From Tubiluchus corallicola (Eukaryota > Animalia > Priapulida), in assembly GCA_030141605.1 (NCBI GenBank), contig JAQGDQ010000030.1, positions 293,171 to 357,170 on the forward strand: a DNA stretch of 64,000 nt, given 5' to 3'. A program made the translations under genes and the position numbers. Of this stretch, positions 1-56,041 are shown one piece after another. The first letter of the stretch is position 1. Every line of letters starts with the position of its first letter. The notes beneath the pieces are model-generated. The model was given only the letters and a program-made list of their open reading frames with translations, had not been told where the DNA came from and did no database searches.

Positions 1-71
1 GTAAATGTAATGTTATAGTAAAAGGTCCTAAATAAATATTGAAACAAGTAGACAAAGTATAGTCCTCTTAC

Positions 72-36913
<36,842 letters not shown>

Positions 36914-37424
36914 TGCACAACCCGGTCTAATGCACTTTAACCTGTAAGCCACTAATTTAAGTACCTGCAAGAAGACAACAGAGCCAAATTTTGACAACAT
37001 TAATGCCATTTTTCTCTATGCCCTAACAATTTGAATAGTCTTGGATGCTTCACAATTCATATTCATAAGAAAGGCATAATAGATTTTAACTTATTCCTTT
37101 TTATCGACAATGGATGGCATTGTTTACTGGGTACAACCATAACAACATAATATACGATATAGGGAAGCTTAGTCTTTTGATTGTTACTAACTCATGAACC
37201 GCGTGCAGATGACCGTAATATATTTAATAAAGTCCCAGATCAGATAATATTTAGCCGCTTAAGCGTAGGCCTAAATATAAAGCATGAAAAAGTAGGTAGC
37301 AACGCTGCAAGTACATGCCTAATTAAAACAGTCTTAACACGCATTTCACTCAATTAACGGTATTATTTTTTTTAATTTTAGCGTTTTATAACTTGATAAA
37401 AGATCAACAAAAGAAAAAACTTAC

Positions 37425-37620
37425 CTGCTTGTAAAACAGGCAAATGTGAGTACTAGAAACGATTCCGCTTTTCAATAAAAAATTGTAACCCTGGACGAAA
37501 GACCACCAGCTGTAAATGTGAGTGTTTCAATCAACAGACGGCTTCCTTCCCCTTCGCACTCACACACGAAGTGACGACGACTACAATTTACGATCTCACG
37601 TCTACTCGGAGAAAACTATC
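37425..37620 (-). promoter_or_regulatory. Putative non-coding first exon / promoter of FSTL4/5
   Basis: Consensus donor CAG|gtaagt at 37425/37424 next to a CpG-rich stretch. The transcription start is not pinpointed. Confidence 0.5.
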
Positions 37621-37786
37621 GATTGCTGTGTGAGGTGGGTAAATCTACTCTCGGAAATCCCACCGGCCGTCACATCGTAATCTGCTTCACGTTGCAGCCT
37701 GTTCAACGAACAGGCGTGTGTCTGTTTAGTACGTGGCGCCATCTACAGAGTGTAATTGTAACTGTTTACTCAGGAATTTGCTTATA

Positions 37787-38310
37787 CAGTCATACCTCCG
37801 TTTTGAACGTCTCCCGTACTCGTACGAATCGGTTTTCTAGCAGAAAATTCGAGGTGAAATTGTCCCCCGCTTTCGACTATAATTTCGGTACTCGACCAAC
37901 CGCCAAACAGCGTGATGAACACATGCACGGTGAGCCGAGTAGAGTCGAGCATAACGGACCGCGCCCGAGAGTAGCACGCACAAGATTTGAATTGCCTAAC
38001 ATCACTAAGTGCTTTCTACGCTTATTTTTCTCCGATTTTTCATGCAGGAACAATTATGTTTTTCTTTCAAAGTAATTCTGTTATGTTTTTCTTATCAATT
38101 ATATCACATCTACTGTTTGATTAAACATTTTTGCATTATTATATAATTTATATTTCGTTTTAGTAATACTTAACAGTTCATTTGGTGCTTGAGAACGGAT
38201 TATTTGCTTTTACATTATTTCTTATGGGATTAAATGATTCGGTACTCAACCAAATCGGTTTTCAAACACTTTTTAGGAACGAATTATGGTCGAAAACAAT
38301 GGTATGACTG
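37787..38310. mobile_element. Tc1/pogo (Tigger-like) MITE
   Basis: TA|CAGTCATACCTCCGTTTT at left and AAAACAATGGTATGACTG at right; repeated GTACTC...AATCGGTTTTC subterminal motifs. Confidence 0.85.
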
Positions 38311-38319
38311 TTTGTATTT

Positions 38320-39800
38320 ACTAAATTTCTGTCGTGCACAAAGTACAGTCCCTAATTAAAATAGGCGACATATATAAAAAGATTAAAAAAGATAAAATAC
38401 AACATTAAAAACATGCACGGACAATAAACATATTTACAAGAGAAAATTAATTTGTAGGTAAATAATTTAAAACACATTATTATTAAAAATGGAGGTTTTT
38501 AGACAAATGTAAAATCAATTGTACTGCCATAAAACTCCTGTGCACCTTTGCTTCATACAATTTTTTAATCACAGTAATTGATTCATATTGGTTATTTTGT
38601 ACACTGTTCAGAAAGTGACGATTGACTACAGATTTGACTAATTTTTTATTTGAGTTACCAATTATTAAATTATACTTATAAATTATGTTAATTCCACACA
38701 TTCTTCCAAAACTCGGAATACCCACGATAACAATGATTTACAATATATTTGATCAAAATATTTTTTGACTTTAGCTGTATTCTTGCGAAATTAATTGTTC
38801 CCTGTTGCTATTATACATGGAACAGAAAAGCGTTAAATGGAAGTACTATAGCACTTACATTGTTACGTGGATACATATTCTATTCCGAATTTTCTATGAA
38901 CTTTATTCCATGTGATTGACATTCTGGTTATAGCTTGTTTAGAGATTCCTGAACATAATTCAGCGCCATATAGTAAAACGGGAAGACAGTGTGCCCTAAT
39001 TAGATTAGCCGTTAACAATGGATTTGGTTAACCTCCAATGAAGTAGATCGCATGAAAAGCTCTGAAGAACTTTTTATACGTTCAGATACATCAGTTTTTA
39101 GATGGTTTGTTGTTACGACACTTAAATAGTTAACACTCTCAATTCACGACAATTCCTTATTTAAAAAAAAAACACTGGGCAGTTTAGATACGTCAGACCT
39201 TCGATACAGATTCATTAAGTATCTACTAAATCTGATGCATTTTGTCTTTCTTTCATTAAACTTAATCATATATTTTTGTCCATAATCGGAACATATCTTT
39301 AGTATTTCTTGGTACCAGACACGTAGGGACATAAAAGTACTAGATCGTCAGCATACATCAAATTTCCCAGATGTACGCCGTACAACTTATAACAATAACC
39401 TGATCGTTTCCATTTTTCTGTCAGTTCATTTGCATAAACACAATAAAAAGTTGGGGATAACAGCCCGCCTTGTCTTACACCACAAGAAATATAGAACTCA
39501 GAACTGAGCTTTCCATTCCACCGGACGACACATGCATTTCTAGAGTACCAATAATATAATATATCTACAACTTCAATATCTATTCCAAGTTCTATGAGCT
39601 TGATAAATAATGCATGATAAGAGATTTTATCGAATGCTTTACAGGCATTCATAAACAAGCATATATATTACTACCATTTTTAACATAGTGTTCAATAGTT
39701 TCATGTAACACGTAAACACATTGTTCACAACTGCTGCCTTCCTTGTAGCCAAGCTGAAGAGCATCAGTAAGTAAATTATCAGCAATTCTAGTATTCAATG
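38320..39800 (-). mobile_element. 5'-truncated decayed LINE (reverse transcriptase and 3' end), similar clade to 28300-31790
   Basis: LQLGYKEGSSC, ACKAFDKI, GVRQGGLLSP, YADDLVLL and HCLPVLLYGAEL motifs across frameshifts (ORFs 39299-39658 and 39144-39332). Confidence 0.92.
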
Positions 39801-40402
39801 CCAATGGCTTAGATATATATATACAATATATACAATTGCTTCAATGTAGAACTAGAATGGAAGTTCTAATGTGTTTGGATCCGACGCGTCCAAATTCTCA
39901 TTTCTTAATGGTTTCCATTAGAGAATCATGAGACGCATTTACCTTGTCATTGAATTTAAAATACATATTTTGAGGCAGATCCATAACTACAACAATTGAA
40001 AAGTGAATTATGACAATTCTATTGAATGGACTCCTTACGGAACTTGAAAAATTGGGCTCCTTACGGTCTATGCAATGGCCCGTTCCATCTTCATGCAAAA
40101 TTCCGTCCTCCTACGATAAAAATTGTGGCATGATGACTTTCAAACATAAATGTGGAAATAAGAGCAAATAAAACTAGAACGGCACTCAGAAGAAAGCTAA
40201 CCTTCGCCAAAGACTAACAGTCCTAGACGAGCTCACCTGATTCTTCTGATAGAAAAAATATAAAACACGATAAACAGATAAATATACAAAAATATATCCA
40301 TTTAGAATATGAAATATTACATAGATTAGGGAGATAACCCACAAAATATTTTGTTCATACAAAAAAATTATAATCAGCAATTAAAGCACAAGCATTCTAC
40401 AT

Positions 40403-41740
40403 AGTGTGAATGTAGGAAAGTTTGGTACAGGTGAGTTTGGTACAAGGAAATTTTAGTACCAGAAAAATTTGGCGCTAGGAATTTTTGATACAGGTAAATT
40501 TGGTACTATCATCTTAAGGTACAAGGAATTTTTGGTACTAGGAAAATGTGGTACGGGGAATATTTGGTACGAGGAAAATTTGGTACTAGGAAAATTTGGT
40601 ACTAGGAAAGTTTGGCACTGGAAGAAAGCATTTCTATATCTCAGTATAAAATATTTGTTTTAACTAGAAAATAAAGATGTTTATTCAGTAGGGAGGAAAT
40701 ATGGTATTAGGAAAGTTTGGTTTATTAAAAAGTTCATAAAACAATAGTGCCTGACAGCTAATTTTATCCTTGATTATCCCGTCCACGTAGGTACATTTGA
40801 GAATTCTTTCAGCAAAAAATGGGGGGTCTCCAACTCATCATCATCACTGTTATCATCGTGATCATTATTATCATCACTAGCGTCAACGTTGTCATCATCA
40901 ATATTATTGCCATCACTTACTGTAATCGTCCATCATTATTTATTGCCTCAACAGCAACAGTAACAATGGTGATGGCGATGATAATTATGATGTTCACTGC
41001 TAACGATATTAACATCAGCAACAACAATAACAACAGCAACAACAACAGAGCAGCAGCAAGAAAACGATAAATGTAACAAAGATAACAACAATGATGACGA
41101 TGATGATGGTGATGATGAGGAGGAGGAGGAGGACAACAAAAGCAGCAAGCAACATACAAGAAGAATAGCAACAACATCAGTAACAACAACAATAGCAACA
41201 GCAGCAGCAGCAACAACAACAACAACAATAATAACAGCAACAAAACGACAAAAGTAACAATGGCGACATGATGACAGGAATAATGGTGATGATGATGATG
41301 ATGATGGTGGTGGTAGTAATCATAACAAAAGAGCAAGCAAGAAATAGACAAACAATAACAACAATGACAAATAACAAACAACAGCAAACAAACAAAGAGG
41401 AAGCGAACAAAAAACAAACACAAATGCAACAATATGAGCCTCTATAACTTGTTCCAGTAGGTTTTATAAAATATATTTTCATAGTACCAAACTTTCTCTG
41501 TGCCGAATTTTCCTAGTACCAAACTTTCCGAGCACTATGCTTGCCTAGTACCAAACTTGTTCCGTACCATTTTTAAATTGTACCAAAAATGCTTGACATA
41601 ACTTCCTTAGTACCATATTTACCAGTATCATATTTTCTCTGTACCAAATTTTCTCGGTACCACAAGTTCCTCGTACCAAAATTACCAGTACCAAACTTAC
41701 CTGTACCAAACTTGCTAGTACTAAACTTACCGCGCAACAC
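40403..41740. mobile_element. Foldback element with 15-16-bp tandem-repeat arms and a central triplet-microsatellite core
   Basis: Left arm (AGGAAAATTTGGTACT)n at 40414-40720; right arm (GTACCAAACTT/ATTTTCCT)n at 41483-41730; core of CAT/AAC/GAT/CAG runs at 40830-41430. Confidence 0.85.
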
Positions 41741-42079
41741 ATATTGTTTGTCTACAGTTCTTTGACCTTTTGACCTTGGTTATAAGCTACGTCTGCTTCC
41801 TTCTGAATGCCATTCTAGTTTTATTATATAAATTACTTGTGTCAAAACAATTATTTGCCATTTTTTCCTAGTTTTGCATTTGTGCTTTTTTTCTGTGCCA
41901 CTCTTACCTAAATTACTTTCATTCTAATATGTAGTCTACAATTTATTTTTATAAAATCCTGGTACTACTAATATTCTACCAAAATTGGGTAAACATATTA
42001 CTGATGTCAGAAAATTATCAAAACCCGAAATAATGCAAACGTCGGTTCCTATTTTGTCCCTAATCATCAGAGAATCAAA

Positions 42080-42205
42080 GCAACATATTGGTTGCCGCGC
42101 GAGTGACTTCACCGACGTGATTGGTGAAAAGTTTTTGGCCACACCCCTAAACGATTGACACCGTTTACCGAATCTCTTAGCTCTGTTCCGCTGGTTTCAG
42201 TCGCA
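42080..42205 (+). promoter_or_regulatory. Putative ZCCHC24 core promoter
   Basis: Two reverse CCAAT boxes (ATTGG near 42087 and 42120), GACGTGA, a KLF/Sp-type GCCACACCCC near 42138 and an initiator-like TCAGTC near 42197, just upstream of the first ATGs. Confidence 0.55.
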
Positions 42206-42285
42206 AATGCAGAGGAGTTGGAGAGGCGATGTTGCTAGTTACACAGCTTCCTTGCGCGGGTAGGCTTTGACGATCGACTGTGCTG

Positions 42286-47858
<5,573 letters not shown>

Positions 47859-50800
47859 AATGAAAACGTAAGTCGCGAGAACAGACAAACAAACTTCAAA
47901 CTTCGCTTTGGTATAGATTACTTTTCTTCCCGAGTATTTTAAATGCGCATATTGGTGTGGTGTTTGAATTCTGTGCTATTCAAAATCATTGAAGTTAAGG
48001 TACTTTGAATGTATAGACTAACCATAATTTATAAGTTTCTGAGATTTGCAAGAGTTTTGTATTAATTTTATTAAATTTTAAGCTCTCAAAGAGACATCCA
48101 ATTATAGTTGTAAAAATTTACTAAATTATAAAAAAGTCAGTAACGGATGTGCTGTTTTACTGAGAATCAGACTCAATTAGACCTGGAGGCATGTATACAT
48201 AGAAGGTCTTGCTCCTTATACTACCAGTTATACAGACCTAGTGATGCTGTAATCGCTTTTAGTATTATAAATATTACGAAAACAATCAAAATTAGCACCC
48301 AGCTTTGTGCAATCCGAAAAACTCTTGTTAAGTTTTAGCCATTAAAAAAAGCTAAAACCCGACAATACTTAAAATTCAAAGGCGTTTCAATCTTCGGCAG
48401 AACATAAATTACTAGAACTGTGGCAAAAACTGGGCAAGTTAATGAGTTCGTTTAAACTTTGACTTTAATCTGATCCACATGTGAGGTAAAAACTATTATA
48501 CAAGTACAGCGTGCAATAACGTGTAAATTTATGCTGGTGGGAAACCGGTGCTGCTTGCTGCTATAAATGCTGAAATTTCTTGGTCAGCTAAAGTGAATCA
48601 ATTTATTTTGGATGATGATTAATAAAAGACAAGTACAAAAAGATGTATTATGTGACAGATTTCCAGCGATGTAGGGCCAACGTATGTATCTGCATTTTTT
48701 AAATTATTAAAGCAGCCCCAGCTCTTATTGATTTTTTCCAAATAGATGGAATATTTACGATTGTAAATGCATACTGGACAACACTAGTAGCGCCAAAATA
48801 ACGTATAACTATTATATATTATACATGCAAAATTATCTGAATTGTAGTTTCGGAGTTTTGTTGCTTTATTGAGCTTACAGTTAGTTAAAAGCATCCACTT
48901 ATTATTATTATGACCAAAAATTATTATTATCAATAGCTTGCTATTTTAATAATTTGTTTGATAGATATCTATGGAACTTGGACCGAACTGGGTATTTTAT
49001 TTTGTGTATTTTGGTTCTGTGTTAACTTATTTCTTGGTTTTAGTGTGTATATAATATTTGGTTCACTGAAAGTTGGTGTAATAACATCCATAAGTTTTTA
49101 TCAACGGTTGGGTATATAATTTTAAGTTAATTGAACTGCTTAGTAACTGTGCATGCTGTTAAATATGTATGTTTTAAATTTATAATAGTCAGTTTTAGCA
49201 TGTTTGGATACCTAATGGTTGTTAATTTTTGCTTTTGTGTAGGGACGGCTAGTCATTAAAATATTGTATATGCAGAGGCGTTTTGGAACATATAATTATT
49301 ATGTATCTAATACAATTCATCTTATCTATATTTAGGTCGTTTTTGCAGCGTATGTAGATAGTAGAAATTGGGACATGTGTTTTTTCTATATTTTGGTTTA
49401 CTGACAGGCCTGTTTTGCTAAGACATATGTATCATTTTCACAATATTTGTATAGCTACGTGACTTTTTCGAATTTACAAAAAGGAGAGCATATCTATTGT
49501 ACGCCCGATCAAAATAAGCGTGTTGTGTGAGTTTATCATGATCGTGTAAATAACAAAATTGGAAAGTTTGTACAAGCGCATGGTCACTGACGGCCAAAAT
49601 TCGTAGGTCGTAATTTCCTGACTTCGATGACCCTGCAAACAAATAGCGGGTTGGACTGAGTACTGTGCAGAATTATCATCAAAAACTAGGATGTGATTTT
49701 TAGAAACACTTTGAAATCCAGTTAATTTTTTAAGTAGGCTTTCTTTCAGTCACTTGATTTTGTTAATAGTAAGAGTAACTAGGACGTCTACGATTAGCAT
49801 AGAACCTTCAGAAATATTCGGTATTTTCTGTGTATTTAGTTACCTCATATGTGACTGGTTTCAGCATGGGGCTTTGCTTGGCTAGGACCTGCTGTTGTTG
49901 ATGTTTTGGTACATTGCGCTGCTTCCAGATCTAAATATAACCCTGCTATACCAACTCACGCCAGATGAGTTTCATTCGCCATATGGATTTTGTCCCAAAC
50001 CTTCATACGCTGTACGTGAAGGGAAAAATATAGCTCAGGTTTTGCCTGTTTAATGGGGTATAGAAATGGCAGAGTAGCCCTAGTTATGCACAGTTCTAGT
50101 CAGAGAGTGTTAAACACGTTAAACTTTCAAAGTCGAATAGAAATTATTCCTATATTGGCCGTGCTGTTCGAAAGAGATTGGTCTTTTATGCTTCATAAAC
50201 AGGTCTAAATGATTTTGTAGATTTAAAGAACTAGGTCAGATGTTTGCACTACTGCTCCAAAGCCATCATACATCCCTTAATTATGTATTTTTTATCATAG
50301 CTTTTAACAGTTTTTATCATCAGTACAATCAGTCAGGCAGTTAGACTTGATAAGTCCAACCTGATGCTGCTAAATTTTGAAAAATAAGGAAGGGCTTGAA
50401 CTTCACCTTATGTGTCAACTGTTTACTTTATTATCTTTCTCGCTAACCCATTTCCCTAGCCTGTACAGTGCGCAGTTCTTGCTTGTGATATTTTACCTTA
50501 AAGACCTTCGTTTGTTGTTTAACCCTTGGGCATACTTTCGTTCGAATGATATCTTCCTGTTTTTTATCTGCATACCCACTTGAAGTGCCTAAAATTTGTG
50601 CATGTCATTCAACCTGAAAACGTGTATGGAAACATTCTAGAACTTCTACATGTAACCGGTATGCGGTTTAGTTGCACTGGGCGGTGTGCTAAAATTGGCT
50701 TCAAGCCTACGTGTTACCCAGGCCGATTAAATTGTGTAAATCTAAACTTCGCCAATGTGCCCTTAGGAAAGTCTTAAAGAGCTTTGCTGAGTACCAGGTT

Positions 50801-53800
50801 TAAAATAACTGATACGGTGCTATCTAAAATTTGTTGAAACTTCATGCGGGAAATGCAAAAGTATTTTGAAATCTGGTATTTAGCAAGATAGACTCTAAAA
50901 ACTCTGATAATTTTTGGAGGGAATGCTTAGCATTTCATGGTACCAGTTTTCAGAAAAGTTGAAGGGCCAGCTTTGGACATATACGGTTAGGTGTGAGCAT
51001 GCGTGGATAATCCATACTTCTTCCATTTCTGCCTGGGCGGTGCTCCACTCGAAATTCCATACTTAACACTTTCGCATACATGTATTTCGGACTGATTGTA
51101 GACGTATGATACTTTTACATAAGGTTAATGTTCAACATTTGTGGACCAGGCTAACTCCTGCTGTTGCACATTCGTTTTAAGCTTGTTAGCAGTTTAAATG
51201 CCCTTCTTCATCAACTAGATCTGTAAGGTAAATGTGATAAATAACTGGTTTCATCACAGTGTTAGAATTTCTTTTTTTATAAATTAAAGCCTACAGATCT
51301 ACAGTAGAATCCTGATAAGCTGTACCATGTTTCTCCTGTCATGATTTAGGATTCTGAAAAGTTAGGTCTGTTGATAAATTTTAGGAGTCATACTTCCCTT
51401 TCAATGTGTCTACAGCCTTTATAAGGTATTTGGTAGTTTGTAAACTTGGCATCTTTGACTTTTGATGATGTAGAATTTATTATACAACACAGTTTTAATG
51501 GGCTAATTTAATGAATATTTTGGCATTCTCAATTTATATATAGCTGCGTTGAGCATGCATGTATGATGTATATAATATTTGGTATTATCAGTTAATGTAT
51601 ATGAATTATGTTTAACAGCATTTTTCTTGATTGTGTGTGTAAGTTTTATAGTTTTAGCAAACTTCTTGGCATATCAGCATGTCAAACTTATCATTTCAAA
51701 TAGAGATGTTATCGTTTGAAGTGCAGTTTTTCTGAGAGATTAAAACTGACTTTGTAGGATCCATTTTCAAAATTATGTAGTTGCTGCAATCTTTACCAAT
51801 CATAGAGTATATGTATTTTCATGTTAGTAATTTTTGGCCACTAAATTCTGCAAATTTTGATCCATTTAGTGCTGTAACTAACGTGGTTACAAATGATGAA
51901 ACGAACTCTCTAGTTTGGTTTCTAAATTTTAATAATTATGACACTGTAAACCAGTAATCATGATTAACTGAGATTATAAATAATTTTAATGAGGTTGCTA
52001 ACATAAGTGTATTATTGTACTGACATGGTTTGATAGTTTTAGTAAAATTTTTTGCACTTTGTCGTGTTTTCACATAGTAGAATTTTTGCACTTCTTGTAG
52101 TAGAAAAAATAACTGTGGCGTCTTTTGGATACTAAACGTTTTACGTATAGCCGGGAATTAAAGCAATATTACTACTAGCAATTCATGGTACATTGTCATA
52201 GCCTATTCCACTTACTGTTCTCTCAGAAAATCAAACTACACTTCTGAAATCTATTTTGCCAGTTGCATGATTTTTTTACTGATAAGCACTTCGCTACTAC
52301 TAATCTTTGAAATTTGAAGACAATTATTTACGTGGAACTGTTGTGAGAATAAGGCGTGCTTGTACAGTTAAAAATCTGTGATCCTTTAAGTTAGACGAGC
52401 CGAGGTTCTGTCAGTCGAAGTCTTACAAATGTTTATCTTTTTATAGTAAATAACTACTATGTGAAAACCATTTTCTACATTTACAGGAACGTTTTGTATA
52501 GTTATCTTTTGTATGATGTATACATTTATGTAATTTGTGCCTTAACTTTGTAAAAGATTTTGCAGAAGTGCCATCTGATGGTGGTTTTTGCAAATCTGCT
52601 AAAGTGTGCTCGCATGTGCCAAATCAAGTCAGGCTTCTGTACTCTCTGTTTGCATGTCTATGATGACTTTGACATTGCAGTTCATGGTACATGAAGCAAG
52701 CACAGGGGCGTGCCCGAGGGGTTTCTTCTATATTTTAGAAACCTCTTTTGTATTGGGCACGTCCCTGCAAAGGTAGTTTAGAAGTAGCTAGAGAGTAGAT
52801 AGGTACTAAAAAGAGTATTATATAAGTATGTGTATTGTTGTTATGAATTGGTCAGTATGGTTCGTGTGTTTTAAAATGAAAACGTATGTAGCTTTTATGC
52901 TAAAACACTAGTTTAAAATGAGGCCTAAGTTTACCAAAAGATGAAATTTGGTTGTCTATCAAAAACATCTAGTAAAAACAAGATGGTAAGACTTTCACGA
53001 GATGACTTGAAGCTGATTGGGGAATGAAAATGTGTGAATAATATGTGCATTGTGGTTGCATAATAGCTGTTGGGTTATAGCTGTTCTTTTGGTAAGCAAT
53101 GCTAGGCAGTTGAATGTGTATTTTAGTGTGGTAGGTATTAGCTAGACTGCATGTTTGTACGATTATCAATCACTGATTGATCGGTTGATTGATTACTAGT
53201 CGTAACTCTGATTCAAAATGGTGCTAATGTATACAATAATTTGATTTTTTATTTTGTGGTCTTATTTTTTGTAAATTTTTGCAAGTATTAGGTTCAAGTG
53301 AATTCTTGTTTGAGTAGTAGTTCCCTGGCCCTTTGTTATGTATTTTCGTGAAAGAAGTTGTCATTTCAAAAGTTTTTTCGATGTCTTTTTGATTATGTTC
53401 TTGACTTCTGAATTAGTTAGTGTTTATTGATATGTTAGTCCTTTTGTTAGTCTGTTGCTGAAAAGGTTTTGGTTTGTCTCTTCGATTTTGCTGTTCCCAT
53501 TTTCTGATTGTTTTCCAGTATTTAGCTTGTTTTATGTTTTGATATTGCAGCTTGAAAATAATCCATTTTGTGAAGGTGTACACACTATGTATCAGCTATA
53601 ATATTGGAGCTTGCAAAAAATAATAAGTAAGAGGAAAAAGGTGGATGAGTAATGGAACTCACTCTTACAGAATATTAAGCAAAATCAACTGGCACACATT
53701 CAATGTACTGTCTAGTATTATTACACTGACTAATATTTATTGCGTAGTGGGGTTTTATTCATTTGGGTATATGTTTAAACTAAGCCAAGTGTTTGTTGAA

Positions 53801-54013
53801 GTATTAATGTGGTCTCTAGCTACTTATTTGTGCAAGTACAGAGTATTAGGGCTATGTTCAGGCAGAAGTAATGGCAAAATTGAATTATAATAATAGTTTT
53901 AGATAGTTCTAATATCGAATAAGTATATATATATAATTATTTTGTGTGGTAAACATACATTTTTTTATTTTACACAATTTTGCAAAACTTATGTATAGCT
54001 TATTTGCTTTGGT

Positions 54014-54060
54014 AATAAACAAAATTGTTTCTGTTTTGATAATTTTGTGTGCTTGTGTAT
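54014..54060 (+). terminator. Candidate distal polyadenylation signal of ZCCHC24
   Basis: AATAAA at 54014-54019 followed by T/GT-rich sequence, at the end of a long T-rich plus-strand tract. A proximal AATAAA lies at 48621. Confidence 0.5.
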
Positions 54061-54411
54061 TTGCCTTCAAATCAGAATTAATATTTGCTTAATGGTTCGC
54101 AGAATTTCTTAATAATGTGCTGTTTTATGTGCAGCATTGTCATATAAAGCTAGAACAACCAAAGATTGTAAATGCGTGGATCACTTGAATAAATCACTAG
54201 TTTGCATTGACTTTAAATTTGGTAGTTGTTTTTGTTTTGTTGCACTTTTGTACCCAACAGAGTAGCCAAACCCTCATATATGTCAAATGCGGCTACAGCT
54301 CAAAAGTACGAATACTGACACGTACACAATTTTTTTTTATTAATGAAGCGGGTTTTCCATAAAAATGCACAAAAGACATTCGACTTCAAACTATGTTTGA
54401 ACTGAAAACGT

Positions 54412-54417
54412 TTTATT
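54412..54417 (-). terminator. Candidate polyadenylation signal of MTTP
   Basis: Minus-strand AATAAA near where strand composition switches. Another candidate lies near 55993, close to the stop codon. Confidence 0.35.
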
Positions 54418-56041
54418 GCACTTTGCATGATGAAAAGCAAACGGAAGACTTACTAAAATGAACCCAATCGTAATTTTGCTCATTTTTCTTCACAAATATT
54501 CTCTCTTGTTGTGCTAGCCACTGTTTACAATTTATTTAAAAACTATGCATACAATAATATAAGAAATTTGAATGCAGGTGCAAGTAAAACTTGAAAATTT
54601 TCACACAATATTAAAAAAGTAAATCATCTTGTTTTTAATAGCATTCTAAATGTTTCTGCTTAGCAGAAATGTGCAAATTTCAAATAATTGTTGACAATAA
54701 CTTGTAGGATAGGCATTATCAACTTTTCTTACAGCAGATACTATATTAGTAATGAAAAAAGGTCTGTTTACAGCGAGTAACCAAATGTGTTAGTGCACCT
54801 TGTGTTTTACAGTAGTAACTGACACCGTTTACAAAAATCAGTTGGAAATATAAGTACCGAGGTACTCCTGTCTACATGATTATGACATTAATATGCCACA
54901 AACAGAAAGACAATGGGATTTTACCTCATTTCCAGATAAGAAATTGTACAAATAATAGCATAAAGTTTGATGTCATTACATCCAAATTAAAACAAGAATT
55001 TTTGAAAGGTAACGTGTAGAAAAAATAGCATTTTGTCTCTCTGATGCTATTTCATAAAACAGGAAGTAGTAGCAAATTTAATTGACTGAATAATCAAAAA
55101 TTCAGAGGCATGTAAGTTCTTATTCATGATCACCTACAATGGTATACTTTGTGCAATGATTTCTTACAGTACAATTGTGATGCAACATAAAAATGAAAGT
55201 GCGCTTGCAAACCAAAACCGTCCACAATTTGGCATAGTTAAAACTGCATATGATGCTTCAAAGTAGAGTGTATGAAAAATTTGGTCAAATTTCGAATTTT
55301 TCAAGTCCATTGTGTCATTTTCAAAACTTGTATGACCAAAGGTGCATAATAAAATGCTAGTTTCCTTTAAATTCCACAAATAAAGAAACATCATGCAGTG
55401 CCAACCCAAATAGTTGTTTTTGTAAATATTCACAAATCTCGGACTATAAGCTGAAAGACATGTTTGGCTTGTTTCACAATACTTCACTTCGTATGTACAT
55501 GTACATTTTAACACAGGTTTTGATGCTTTGTACATAATTTTGAAATGTATCTCAATAGGTAAAATTTTGTAAAAAAGTACCAATACTATACATAATGTTG
55601 TAAAAAATAATTTTAAAAATCTAAATTTTTAAAAGCAATATATTTAAAACGATTAAAAATTTTAAAATCAATTTTGACTGCTCTGTTAACAGTCTAGCAC
55701 CTTTAGTACTCTGCAATTATAGCAAAAGTATAGTAAGTAGCATACCATAGTAACCGTTTAAAACGTATTTATAAAAAATAACAGATGACTGACATTTAAT
55801 AGGTGTTTCACTACGTATGCTGTCTGTTCAGGCTAGCAACTTCTATCGCGAGTTTTCTCTCTGAGAGTAAACTTGCAAGTGTGAACAGACAGTTGTGAGT
55901 TGATGCTCTTTAGTCTGAACGCACTTGAGAGTTACTTGGCGAGCTTACTCGGTGAGAAAACTTGCCAACCTGAAAGCGCATTAACCCCTACTTTTATTAT
56001 AATAAATTTCCTAAGTTTTTGAGCAAATATAAAATATATTA

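Noticed and set aside
47868-47920. GTAAGT donor 9 nt after the ZCCHC24 stop as a 3' UTR intron
   Set aside because: No convincing partner acceptor identified, and the following ACAGACAAACAAAC...TATAGAT resembles a Helitron/HINE-type repeat tail. Cannot be fully excluded without RNA data.
50377-51230. GC-richer segment as a hidden gene or transposase
   Set aside because: The frames I translated gave frequent stops and no recognisable motif; probably an old repeat. A translated database search would be needed to be sure.
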